Shown here in pieces: positions 52,094 to 60,392 of a DNA stretch of 64,000 bases. Under the pieces are notes generated by a model. The model had not been told where the DNA came from and did not search any database. It saw nothing but the letters and a program-made list of their open reading frames with translations. The position numbers were made by a program, and so were the translations under genes. Source of the DNA: Chitinophaga pinensis (GTDB taxonomy: Bacteria > Bacteroidota > Bacteroidia > M30B66); the NCBI GenBank assembly GCA_945883545.1, contig CAMCXT010000001.1, forward strand, positions 78,864 through 142,863, written 5' to 3'. How positions within the stretch are numbered: the first letter of the stretch is position 1; each line of letters begins with the position of its first letter.

Positions 52094-52116
52094 TTTCATT
52101 GGTTGTTGTTGAAGAA

Positions 52117-54027
52117 TTAGAGTTTAACCGCTCTTAAAGTTTGATTGCTGTTTGAAGAGCGTACGCTGATCAAGTAAGTTCCAGCTTTAAGATCGCTACC
52201 GTTAATCATGTAACGGCTAGAGTTATTTGCATTTACTGTTACTGTTTCGATGCTCACGGTTTGGCCTACTGTGTTTACTACAGTAATTTCAAACTTCTCA
52301 TCTGTGCTGCTAGTAGTAAGGTTTACCGAAAGCTCGCTGTTGAAAGGGTTCGGAGCGATGGTGATTTCAGTAACTTCATCAGGAGTTGAAGTGTTGTCTG
52401 CAAAACGTGCTGCTGGAGCTGAACAACCAGGCTGATCTACAATCACAGCATCAACATCGAATCCATCTGCACTTCCTGGGAATCTTGTGCTGCTTGTTGC
52501 AGATGCATCAGTGATACGAAGGTAAGAGAAGTAAGCAAGACCTGCAGATGAAACATCGATCGATTCGTCAAGACAAGCTTCGTCTTCAATTGCGAACCAG
52601 TTGATATTGTCTAATGAAATCTCAAGACGAGCAGTTTCAGGATAGTTGTTGCAAGTTGGGTTACCGTAAGATGTTTCAACAATCGTGACATCAGTTCCAG
52701 TTTTGTCGAATACTAGGTAATCGAAGCTTAAGATAATCTGACCACCAAAACCAAGGCTTACAAAGTTTACTTCATCTGTTCCTTGTGGAGCACCAAGTGC
52801 ATTGTCTGCATTGCTACGTGATGTTGGTACTGCATTGCCATTCTTCATGTCCCCTTGTGTGAAATCTTCAACAGCTGTAGCAAATTGGTTGCTCAAAGCT
52901 GCTGGTACTGGGTTCAATTCTTCACCATGCAAACAAACAACACCATCTAAATCATAACCGTCAGCCAATCCACCACCGAAAGGGTGAGAAATATCAGAGA
53001 TATCTTGAAGCTTCACATATTGAATCCAACCAAGTGTCTTGAAATCGAAGAAGGTGTTCTGACATCCATCGCCCAACCAAATCCAGTTGCAACCATCTTG
53101 CGAACCAAATGCACGAATCTTTTCAGGGTAACGGTTGCAGTTTCCTGAGTAGTTTCCAAATGTTGTTTCAACTACATAAAGATCATCTCCGTCTCCATTG
53201 TGAATAGGGTAAGCAAATTTCAAGGTAACAGCACCACCAAATCCTAGCGACAAGAAATTGTAGTTCGAAGTAGCTACATCACTGTTTTCTGGCATACCCA
53301 AAGCATTTGCAGTGTTTAAACGTGCTGGGTCAATTGGTGTGAGTAAATCGTTCGTAGTTCCAGGAGTAAAGTTGATCACTTCAGTTGCAACACAAGCTGC
53401 AGGTGTTACAGGCAAGGAATCTACTGGAGTTGTAGTTGTGTCGTTGTCAGTTACATCGTCATTGTCATCATCATCGCTATCGTCGTTGTCATCATTGTCG
53501 TCATCGTTATCGTCATTGTCATCATCATCGCTATCGTCGTTGTCATCATTGTCGTCATCGTTATCGCTGTCATCATTGTCATCATCATTATCGCTGTCAT
53601 CATTGTCATCATCATCGCTATCGTCGTTGTCATCATTGTCGTCATCGTTTTCGCTGTCGTCATTGTCATCATCATCGCTATCGTCATTGTCGTCATCGTT
53701 ATCGCTGTCATCATTGTCATCATCATCACTATCGTCGTTGTCATCATCGTCACTTTCCTCGTCATCATCGTTGCTTTGAGTGCAAGCGCCAAGAACATCA
53801 CCGTGTCCTAAATGTGCATTCACTGCTGCAGGTGCTACATAAATCGTAATGTAGCTTCCGTTTCCTGTTTGGTGACAAATTGCAACTGTATTGTTGCCAT
53901 TTCCTTGCCCTGGAGTTCTCTGTGATGATTCTTCAGTACGAACATTCACGCGGTTGTGCTGAGCGCCCAAGTTATTTACCAATGATAGGATCATCAGAAT
54001 CAAAAGTGTTGCGACTTTTTTTAGCAT
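52117..54027 (-). CDS. Secreted protein with ~130-aa poly-Asp/Asn/Ser acidic tract, two tandem ~95-aa beta domains and T9SS type-A C-terminal sorting domain
   Basis: Signal peptide, 'DDDNDDSDDDD...' low-complexity tract, and duplicated segments 'LGMPENSD..SLGFGGAV...' and 'LGAPQGTDE..SLGFGGQI...'. The C-terminus 'ITIAPNPF...' is a Por-type tail. Confidence 0.65.
   Translation of the reverse strand: MLKKVATLLILMILSLVNNLGAQHNRVNVRTEESSQRTPGQGNGNNTVAICHQTGNGSYITIYVAPAAVNAHLGHGDVLGACTQSNDDDEESDDDDNDDSDDDDNDDSDNDDDNDDSDDDDNDDSENDDDNDDNDDSDDDDNDDSDNDDDNDDSDNDDDNDDNDDSDDDDNDDNDDDNDDNDDSDDDDNDDVTDNDTTTTPVDSLPVTPAACVATEVINFTPGTTNDLLTPIDPARLNTANALGMPENSDVATSNYNFLSLGFGGAVTLKFAYPIHNGDGDDLYVVETTFGNYSGNCNRYPEKIRAFGSQDGCNWIWLGDGCQNTFFDFKTLGWIQYVKLQDISDISHPFGGGLADGYDLDGVVCLHGEELNPVPAALSNQFATAVEDFTQGDMKNGNAVPTSRSNADNALGAPQGTDEVNFVSLGFGGQIILSFDYLVFDKTGTDVTIVETSYGNPTCNNYPETARLEISLDNINWFAIEDEACLDESIDVSSAGLAYFSYLRITDASATSSTRFPGSADGFDVDAVIVDQPGCSAPAARFADNTSTPDEVTEITIAPNPFNSELSVNLTTSSTDEKFEITVVNTVGQTVSIETVTVNANNSSRYMINGSDLKAGTYLISVRSSNSNQTLRAVKL
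53441..53775. repeat. Coding-sequence microsatellite-like tandem repeat (GAT/GAC-rich, period ~18/60 nt) encoding the poly-D/N/S tract
   Basis: Iterated 'gtcatcatcatcgctatcgtcgttgtcatcattgtcgtcatcgttatcg'-type units are visible in the raw sequence. All three other-frame ORFs here are artefacts of this repeat. Confidence 0.8.
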
Positions 54028-54223
54028 AGTGTTTTTGGTTAGGTTAGTTGTCTCCCTTTACCCAAATCATGTAAATAGAGTTTCATTCTTACATCATTTT
54101 TTTCCCCTATCCAAGTAACCTTAAATCGTATGTTGCATAAAATCAGGCAAATAAAAAAATAAGATTCTCGCAATAATGTCCTTCGCCTTACAAATGCAAG
54201 GTTACCTTCGTTGAATAAACCAA

Positions 54224-54712
54224 TTGCCGCCAGCCTTCAAGACCATGAACCGAACCTTAAAACTACTCATCAGCATTCTCGCTCCACTTGTTGTTGGCGC
54301 CGTGGCCGGATTCTACACAGTAAGCGAAACTGGAACATGGTACAGCTACTTGAACAAGCCTTTCTTCAATCCGCCCAATTGGTTGTTTGGCCCCGTTTGG
54401 ACCATACTATATATACTGATGGGGATTTCCTGTTTCCTCATTTGGAGCAAACCCTCAACAGCCCAAAGAAGTCGAGCCCTTACCATCTATGCCATTCAGC
54501 TGTTCCTCAATTTCTGGTGGAGCATCATTTTCTTCGCTCTCCATCAGCCAGCATACGCACTTATCGAAATCGCCTTCATGTGGATTGCCATTTTCCTCAC
54601 CATTCGCGCATTTCTCCCAATCAACAAAGTAGCAGCTTGGCTTCTCATCCCATACCTAATGTGGGTAAGTTTCGCCTCTATCCTCAACGCTGCCATCGTG
54701 TGGCTCAACTAA
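54224..54712 (+). CDS. tspO: TspO/MBR family tryptophan-rich sensory protein
   Basis: 162 aa with five TM helices. 'PPNWLFGPVWTILY' and 'FFALH' are typical TspO motifs. Confidence 0.8.
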   Translation: MPPAFKTMNRTLKLLISILAPLVVGAVAGFYTVSETGTWYSYLNKPFFNPPNWLFGPVWTILYILMGISCFLIWSKPSTAQRSRALTIYAIQLFLNFWWSIIFFALHQPAYALIEIAFMWIAIFLTIRAFLPINKVAAWLLIPYLMWVSFASILNAAIVWLN

Positions 54713-54732
54713 TCATTTCCCTCTAAATCTAT

Positions 54733-54822
54733 TTGGGCGCGCCCCTCTGGGTCACGTGCTTGGCTGCAGTCCACTCCGCAAGCTTCGTGGAGCTGACTTG
54801 CCGCGCCCGTTCGCGCGGGCAC
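54733..54822 (-). ncRNA. ffs: Candidate small SRP RNA (ffs)
   Basis: GC-rich ~90-nt island. On the minus strand 'GUCAGCUCC...GCAGCCAAGCACGUGAC' resembles E. coli 4.5S 'GUCAGGUCC...GCAGCCAAGGCAGAUGAC'. The terminal G/C-rich arms 'gggcgcg/cgcgccc' are complementary. Confidence 0.4.
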
Positions 54823-54854
54823 TACCAATAATATGTATTGCAAGTAAGGATTGA

Positions 54855-54884
54855 TGATCGCTTTCCAAAACGATCATCAATGTT
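54855..54884. other. Perfect 10-bp inverted repeat (ttgatgatcg N10 cgatcatcaa) between the SRP RNA candidate and tRNA-Leu
   Basis: Seen directly in the sequence. It could be a processing or termination hairpin. Confidence 0.5.
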
Positions 54885-54953
54885 AAATCCAAACAACAAC
54901 CAGCAAAACGATTAAATAAGAAAGGCCGCCAATTTCTTGACAGCCTTTTCTTG

Positions 54954-55033
54954 TACCCGGAGCCGGAGTCGAACCGGCACGGTTTCCCACAGGTGTTTGA
55001 GACCAGCGCGTCTACCAATTCCGCCATCCGGGC
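54954..55033 (-). tRNA. tRNA-Leu (anticodon CAA), type II with long variable arm
   Basis: The minus-strand sequence 'gcccggatggcggaattggtagacgcgctggtCTCAAACacctg...gccggttcgactccggctccgggta' has an acceptor stem that pairs, a D-loop 'AATTGGTAGA', a T-loop 'GGTTCGACTCC', and an anticodon loop 'cuCAAac'. There is one U-U mismatch in the anticodon stem. Confidence 0.75.
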
Positions 55034-55274
55034 GGTTTAAGTAGTAGTAAAACGAGGGCGCAAGATAGATATTTATTCAATTTCCACATCCAAAAGTTTC
55101 ATTTTCTTCATGCCAACACCCCGTAAATATTAAGAAATTTGCTCATCGATCTAATATTCAGAAGATTAAACTCAATAACCTAAGCAGCATTTTCGCATTA
55201 ATTTTCATAAAAGGGTGTCCAAAAAATCAATAAGAATGATTACTTTTGCGCCCTCGAATTCTAAAAGGCACTAC

Positions 55275-56207
55275 ATGGACAATCCAGTAAAAATTTTCTC
55301 AGGTTCTGCATCGCGCTATCTAGCTGAAAAAATTGCTGAAGGATACGGCAAAGAACTTGGCAAAGTGAGCTTCGTTCGTTTTAGCGATGGAGAATTCCAA
55401 ACTGCCTACGAAGAAAGTGTCCGTGGAAGCGACTTGTTTATTGTACAAAGCACTTTCCCGCCCACAGAAAATCTATTCGAGCTACTCCTTATGATCGATG
55501 CTGCGAAGCGCGCTTCAGCACGACAAATCATCGCGGTTATTCCTTACATGGGCTTCGCACGCCAAGACCGAAAAGACAAACCACGTGTTGCAATCGGAGC
55601 AAAATTGGTAGCCAATCTTTTGCAAGCAGCTGGCGTTACGCGAATCATGACCATGGATCTTCATGCCGATCAAATCCAAGGTTTCTTCGATGTTCCAGTT
55701 GATCACTTGTATTCGTCTTCGATTTTTATTCCTTACATACAAAGTCTCAATCTTGCCAATTTAACCATCGCAGCTCCAGATATGGGCGGCTCCAAAAGAG
55801 CAAATGCCTATTCCAAATACCTCGGAGTGAACATGGCAATCTGCCACAAAGAGAGAAAAATGCACAATCAAGTTGACCGTATGGCACTTATTGGAGATGT
55901 TAAAGGAAAAGACGTTGTTTTGATCGACGATATCATCGACACTGCCGGCACAATTACCATGGCCGCCGATATGATGATGGAAAAAGGAGCAAATTCTGTA
56001 CGCGCATTCTGTACTCACCCAGTATTGTCAGGAAACGCCTTCGAAAAAGTCGAGAATTCAAAACTCACCGAACTGGTTGTTACCAACACCATTCCGCTGA
56101 AACACGAATCGTCGAAAATCAAAGTGCTTTCTATTGCTGAACTTTTTGCCGATGTAGTAAGCAAAGTGCACAACTACGAAAGTATCAGTTCCACTTTTAT
56201 CTGTTAA
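55275..56207 (+). CDS. prs: Ribose-phosphate pyrophosphokinase (PRPP synthetase)
   Basis: 'MDNPVKIFSGSASRYLAEKIA...' and the PRPP-binding loop 'VLIDDIIDTAGTI'. Start set to ATG 55275. Confidence 0.85.
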   Translation: MDNPVKIFSGSASRYLAEKIAEGYGKELGKVSFVRFSDGEFQTAYEESVRGSDLFIVQSTFPPTENLFELLLMIDAAKRASARQIIAVIPYMGFARQDRKDKPRVAIGAKLVANLLQAAGVTRIMTMDLHADQIQGFFDVPVDHLYSSSIFIPYIQSLNLANLTIAAPDMGGSKRANAYSKYLGVNMAICHKERKMHNQVDRMALIGDVKGKDVVLIDDIIDTAGTITMAADMMMEKGANSVRAFCTHPVLSGNAFEKVENSKLTELVVTNTIPLKHESSKIKVLSIAELFADVVSKVHNYESISSTFIC

Positions 56208-56234
56208 AATCAATTTTAATCAATCTATACAAAC

Positions 56235-56819
56235 ATGAAATCAATCTTTGTGAGCGGTTCTCCAAGAGAGAGCGTAGGGAAAAAAGATGCTAAAGCACTC
56301 CGTGTAAAAGGTCTAGTACCTTGTGTACTTTACGGTGGTGACGAGCAAATCCACTTTTTTGCAAATGAAAAAGACTTCAAACCATTGCTTTTCACTCCAG
56401 AAACGCATACTGTTGAACTCGAAATTTCTGGCAAAAAATACAACGCCATCCTTCAAGATGTGCAGTACCATGCGATCAACGATCGTCTTCTCCACGTGGA
56501 TTTTCTCCATGTAGATGAATCCAAGCCTTTAGTTATTGCTATCCCTGTTACTGTTAGTGGTATCGCTCCAGGGGTTCGCGAAGGGGGTAAATTGATAATC
56601 AAAGTGCGTAAAATGAAAATCCGTGCTTTGTTAAGTCAACTGCCAGACAATATCAATGTTGATATTTCTAAACTCGAAATCGGACAATCAGTAAAAGTTG
56701 AACAACTTCAGGCACTTCATCCTGATCTAGCTTTACTTGATGCACCAAACGTAGCTGTTGTTTCGGTTACTGCAACACGTGCTTCTCGTCAAGCAGCTCA
56801 AGACGAAGGAAAGAAGTAA
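56235..56819 (+). CDS. rplY: 50S ribosomal protein L25 / general stress protein Ctc
   Basis: 194 aa, with 'REGGKLIIKVRKMKI' typical of L25/Ctc. Conserved prs-ctc-pth order. Confidence 0.8.
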   Translation: MKSIFVSGSPRESVGKKDAKALRVKGLVPCVLYGGDEQIHFFANEKDFKPLLFTPETHTVELEISGKKYNAILQDVQYHAINDRLLHVDFLHVDESKPLVIAIPVTVSGIAPGVREGGKLIIKVRKMKIRALLSQLPDNINVDISKLEIGQSVKVEQLQALHPDLALLDAPNVAVVSVTATRASRQAAQDEGKK

Positions 56820-56841
56820 TTCCTCCTTTTCAATTTTTTTC

Positions 56842-56881
56842 AAGGGTCGAAACACATACTGTTTCGGCCCTTTGTTTTTTT
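56842..56881 (+). terminator. Rho-independent terminator after rplY/ctc
   Basis: 10-bp stem 'gggtcgaaac/gtttcggccc' with one G-U, loop 'acatact', then 'tttgttttttt'. Confidence 0.6.
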
Positions 56882-56919
56882 GTCTACTCCCTAAAACGCA
56901 ATCCTGTTAAATTTGTCGC

Positions 56920-57483
56920 ATGAAATACCTCATCACAGGCCTCGGAAACCCCGGCGCTGAATATGAAAACACACGCCACAACATCGGGTTTTCTGCGCTC
57001 GATAAAATTGCAGCCGACGAAAATCTCCAATTCGAAGCAGTTCGTCACGGTTGGTCTGCTACACTTAAACACAAAGGAAGAACAATCATTCTGCTCAAAC
57101 CCAATACATATATGAATCTGAGTGGGAAGGCGATTCAATACTGGCTGCAAGCAGAAAAAATCCCCATCGAAAACCTACTTGTCATTACCGACGATCTAGC
57201 CCTCCCTTTCGGAACAATCCGAATCCGCGGCAAAGGAAGCGATGGCGGTCACAACGGACTAAAAAGCATTCAAGAAACGCTCGGCCGAAACGATTATGCT
57301 CGCCTCCGATTTGGCATCGGAAGCGAATTCAACAAAGGACACCAAATAAACTATGTGCTTTCACCATGGAGTAACGATGAAAATGCAGCACTTCCCGAAC
57401 GACTGCAAAAATGCGCCGATTCAGTAAAGTGTTTCGCAACAATCGGAATTGCTTTTACAATGAGTAATTTCAATAATAAATAA
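56920..57483 (+). CDS. pth: Peptidyl-tRNA hydrolase
   Basis: 'MKYLITGLGNPGAEYENTRHNIGF' is the canonical Pth N-terminus. Confidence 0.9.
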   Translation: MKYLITGLGNPGAEYENTRHNIGFSALDKIAADENLQFEAVRHGWSATLKHKGRTIILLKPNTYMNLSGKAIQYWLQAEKIPIENLLVITDDLALPFGTIRIRGKGSDGGHNGLKSIQETLGRNDYARLRFGIGSEFNKGHQINYVLSPWSNDENAALPERLQKCADSVKCFATIGIAFTMSNFNNK

Positions 57484-57545
57484 TCACCAAAGTTTGCGAA
57501 CCTCCAAGGGTTTGGCTTAATTCGGGTAAAATTCCAAAATCTATC

Positions 57546-58700
57546 ATGTTGAAATCAATTCTTACTGGCGCTGCTCTCGTGCTCTTCATTTTTAACACGA
57601 GCGCCCAAACAAAAACAAACAAAAAAGATTCTGAATACCAATTCACAATCCTCAAAGAAATCGGTAATACCGAAGTGAAAAACCAAGGATCCACTGGAAC
57701 TTGTTGGAGTTTTTCTACTTTGTCTTTCTTAGAATCGGAGCTTGAAAGAATGGGCAAAGGAAAAATGAACCTTTCCGAAATGTACATCGCCCGCAGAGCA
57801 TACACCTTGAAAGCCGATCGATTTGTTAGAATGATGGGCAAAACCAATTTCGGTCAAGGTGGAGCTTTTCATGATGTTATGAATGTAATCCGCGAGTATG
57901 GCCTAGCTCCAGATGCCGATTATAGTGGTTTCGCTTACGGTCAAAATCGACACAACCACTCCGAACTTGAAGAAGTTCTAATTGGAATGCTCAATACGCT
58001 AGTAAAATTACCCGAAGGAAAATTGAATCCAGCGTGGAAATCAGCATTCGAAGGAATTCTCGATGGTTACCTCGGTAAACTTCCCGAAAAAGTCAACCAC
58101 AACGGCAAACAAATTTCTCCAGTAGAAATGAGAAATCAACTCGGTATCAATCCCGACGATTACATCGAAATTTCTTCCTTCACACACCATCCTTTTTACA
58201 GCCAATTCGTTCTCGAAGTTCCCGACAACTGGGCTTGGAACATGGTTTATAATGTACCACTCGACGAATTGGAGAAAATCGCAGAAAATGCAATCATGAA
58301 CAATTACTCCATCGCCTGGGCAAGCGATGTAAGCGAACCTTTCTTCTCACACAAAAATGGCTTAGCCATCGTGCCTGAAAAAGACGAACTTTCAAAAGAC
58401 GACAAGGAAACCCTCTTCACCAAGATCAGTCCTCAAAAAAATGTATCCCAAGAAATTCGTCAAAAGGGCTTCGATAACCTAAGTACACAAGACGATCATG
58501 GTATGCACATCACTGGAATGGCAAAAGACCAAAACGGGCAAAAGTATTATATCGTGAAAAATTCATGGGGAACCGAAAACAACGAGTGTGGTGGATACTT
58601 CTATTGCTCTGCTCAATATTTGAGATACAAAACAACTTGTATCATGGTTCACAAATCTGCAATCCCACAGAACATCGCGGCCAAGCTGAAAATCAAATAG
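57546..58700 (+). CDS. pepC: C1-family cysteine peptidase (aminopeptidase C / bleomycin hydrolase-like), secreted
   Basis: Signal peptide. Active-site 'QGSTGTCWSFS' Cys context. The C-terminal His/Asn region is consistent with C1B peptidases. Confidence 0.7.
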   Translation: MLKSILTGAALVLFIFNTSAQTKTNKKDSEYQFTILKEIGNTEVKNQGSTGTCWSFSTLSFLESELERMGKGKMNLSEMYIARRAYTLKADRFVRMMGKTNFGQGGAFHDVMNVIREYGLAPDADYSGFAYGQNRHNHSELEEVLIGMLNTLVKLPEGKLNPAWKSAFEGILDGYLGKLPEKVNHNGKQISPVEMRNQLGINPDDYIEISSFTHHPFYSQFVLEVPDNWAWNMVYNVPLDELEKIAENAIMNNYSIAWASDVSEPFFSHKNGLAIVPEKDELSKDDKETLFTKISPQKNVSQEIRQKGFDNLSTQDDHGMHITGMAKDQNGQKYYIVKNSWGTENNECGGYFYCSAQYLRYKTTCIMVHKSAIPQNIAAKLKIK

Positions 58701-58722
58701 AGACTGAATTGTTATGAATACG

Positions 58723-58755
58723 AACTCCCGGTTAACTCCCGGGAGTTTTTTTTAT
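58723..58755 (+). terminator. Rho-independent terminator after pepC
   Basis: 9-bp stem 'aactcccgg/ccgggagtt', 7-nt loop, then 'tttttttt'. Confidence 0.65.
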
Positions 58756-58853
58756 CTGGTTGGTTTCTATACACACAATCTTGAAGCCCATACAATAGAA
58801 CGCGACGAAATAATAGCCTACTCGGCCCGATTCAAAAGATTCAATATATAAGC

Positions 58854-59065
58854 ATGCTCACCGAGCGGAGAAAGGAATTTCTCAAACGTTTGCTCCACGA
58901 AGAAGAATAACCTACGTGAAAATTGCCCACATGATGGACTTACACCGCCGCACTGTAGATAGATATCGAGCATCCACCTTCGACAAATTCGGAATCAAAT
59001 CTAAAATGGGCTTAGTGCTTTATATGGTACGAAACGGATTGCTCAAAGAACTTCAAAAAAACTAA
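58854..59065 (+). pseudogene. Frameshifted remnant of a stand-alone LuxR/FixJ-type HTH domain
   Basis: Frame A (58854..58910) encodes 'MLTERRKEFLKRLLHEEE*'. Frame C (58916..59065) encodes 'VKIAHMMDLHRRTVDRYRASTFDKFGIKSKMGLVLYMVRNGLL...'. Together they match the LuxR HTH consensus LTxRExEVL...EIA..L.IS..TV..H...I..KLGV, with the frame switch near 58900-58915. Confidence 0.45.
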
Positions 59066-59132
59066 CAAGATTGCGCGCTGAAGGTTTGTAGCTTTCATTT
59101 ACATTTGCTGTCCATAAAACTGGTAAAAATCC

Positions 59133-60365
59133 ATGTTGTTAGAAATTAAAGTACCATCTCCAGGAGAATCCATTACTGAGGTTGAAATTGCCAACTGGCT
59201 TAAAAAAGAAGGCGATATCGTTGCTAAAGACGACGAACTTTGCGAAATCGATTCTGATAAAGCAACCTTAACAGTGAATGCCGACGAAGGTGGAAAAATC
59301 AGCATCAAGGTTGAAGCTGGTCAAAAAGTAAATGTCGGTGATGTCATCGCCACAATCGATACAAGTGTTGCTCCTGTTGCAGTGTCAACGCCTGCACCTG
59401 CAGCTCCAATTGCAGAGAAAGCGGCATTACCAGAAAAAGCAAAGTCAGAAACGCCAGCTCAAGCAGCTACATATGCAACCGGAACGCCATCTCCAGCTGC
59501 AGCAAAAATGATGGCAGAAAATGGCGTGAAAGCTTCTGATGTAAAAGGATCTGGTCCAGCCGGTCGAATTACAAAAGGAGATGTAGCTTCATTGCTTGCA
59601 AGTGGCTTCGGCGGTAAGCAAGCAGAATCACCTTCCCGCGAGCAAAAGCGTGAAAAAATGACTTCACTTCGTAAGAAGTTAAGCCAGCGATTGGTGAGTG
59701 TGAAAAACGAAACGGCAATGCTCACTACTTTCAACGAAGTAGACATGAGCAATGTGATGCAATTGCGCAAAGATTATAAAGACAAATTCAAGGAAGTTCA
59801 TGGAATCGGACTTGGCTTCATGTCATTTTTTACTAAAGCAGTAACCATTGCCTTGCAGAAATTTCCTGCAGTTAATGCAATGATTGATGGCGAAGAAATT
59901 GTTTATCACAACTATAGTGATGTAGGAATCGCTGTAAGTACACCGAAAGGTTTGATGGTTCCTGTAATTCGTGGTGCAGAAAACCTTAGCCTTGCGGAAA
60001 TCGAAAAAGGAATCGCTTCAATGGCTGCTAAAGCGCGCGATGGAAAAATCACTGTCGATGATATGTCGGGTGGAACTTTTACTATCACCAACGGCGGCGT
60101 TTTTGGTTCAATGCTTTCAACTCCAATTCTCAATCCTCCTCAAAGCGCCATTCTTGGGATGCACAATATCGTGGAACGCCCAATGGCAGTAAATGGTAAA
60201 GTTGAAATCCGCCCAATCATGTATGTGGCACTTAGTTACGATCACCGAATCATCGATGGTCGTGAATCTGTAGGATTCCTCTACACAGTGAAGGAACTCA
60301 TCGAAAATCCTAAGAGAATGCTATTCAGTGGAAAAAAAGGAGAAGAAGTCCTTTTGAACCTGTAA
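59133..60365 (+). CDS. sucB: 2-oxo acid dehydrogenase E2 component (dihydrolipoamide acyltransferase, probably succinyltransferase SucB)
   Basis: Single lipoyl domain '[11 protein letters not shown]', an Ala/Pro-rich linker, an E3-binding segment, and a catalytic domain with 'DHRIIDGRE'. Confidence 0.75.
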   Translation: MLLEIKVPSPGESITEVEIANWLKKEGDIVAKDDELCEIDSDKATLTVNADEGGKISIKVEAGQKVNVGDVIATIDTSVAPVAVSTPAPAAPIAEKAALPEKAKSETPAQAATYATGTPSPAAAKMMAENGVKASDVKGSGPAGRITKGDVASLLASGFGGKQAESPSREQKREKMTSLRKKLSQRLVSVKNETAMLTTFNEVDMSNVMQLRKDYKDKFKEVHGIGLGFMSFFTKAVTIALQKFPAVNAMIDGEEIVYHNYSDVGIAVSTPKGLMVPVIRGAENLSLAEIEKGIASMAAKARDGKITVDDMSGGTFTITNGGVFGSMLSTPILNPPQSAILGMHNIVERPMAVNGKVEIRPIMYVALSYDHRIIDGRESVGFLYTVKELIENPKRMLFSGKKGEEVLLNL

Positions 60366-60392
60366 ATCATTTTTGCCTATTTGGGCGATAGA

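Noticed and set aside
51654-52116. Possible CRISPR array
   Set aside because: The repeat units are ~104 bp and internally similar across their whole length. There are no unique spacers between short repeats and no cas genes in the window.
53312-53849. Three alternative-frame ORFs (Ser/Leu-rich, His/Arg/Cys-rich, Met/Thr-rich) overlapping the acidic tract
   Set aside because: They are artefacts of the GAT/GAC-rich tandem repeat read in the other frames and on the other strand. The poly-D/N/S frame belongs to the long ORF with signal peptide and T9SS CTD.
54211-54726. 171-aa plus-strand ORF in alternate frame to tspO
   Set aside because: The overlapping frame at 54224 encodes a clean five-TM TspO with conserved motifs. 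This frame is His/Arg/Ser-rich with no features.
54733-54822. tRNA in the GC-rich island, which ends in '...cactacca'
   Set aside because: No acceptor-stem complementarity or cloverleaf could be drawn. SRP-like motifs on the opposite strand fit better.
54752-55027. 91-aa minus-strand ORF
   Set aside because: It overlaps the tRNA-Leu and the GC-rich ncRNA candidate and has biased, low-complexity composition.
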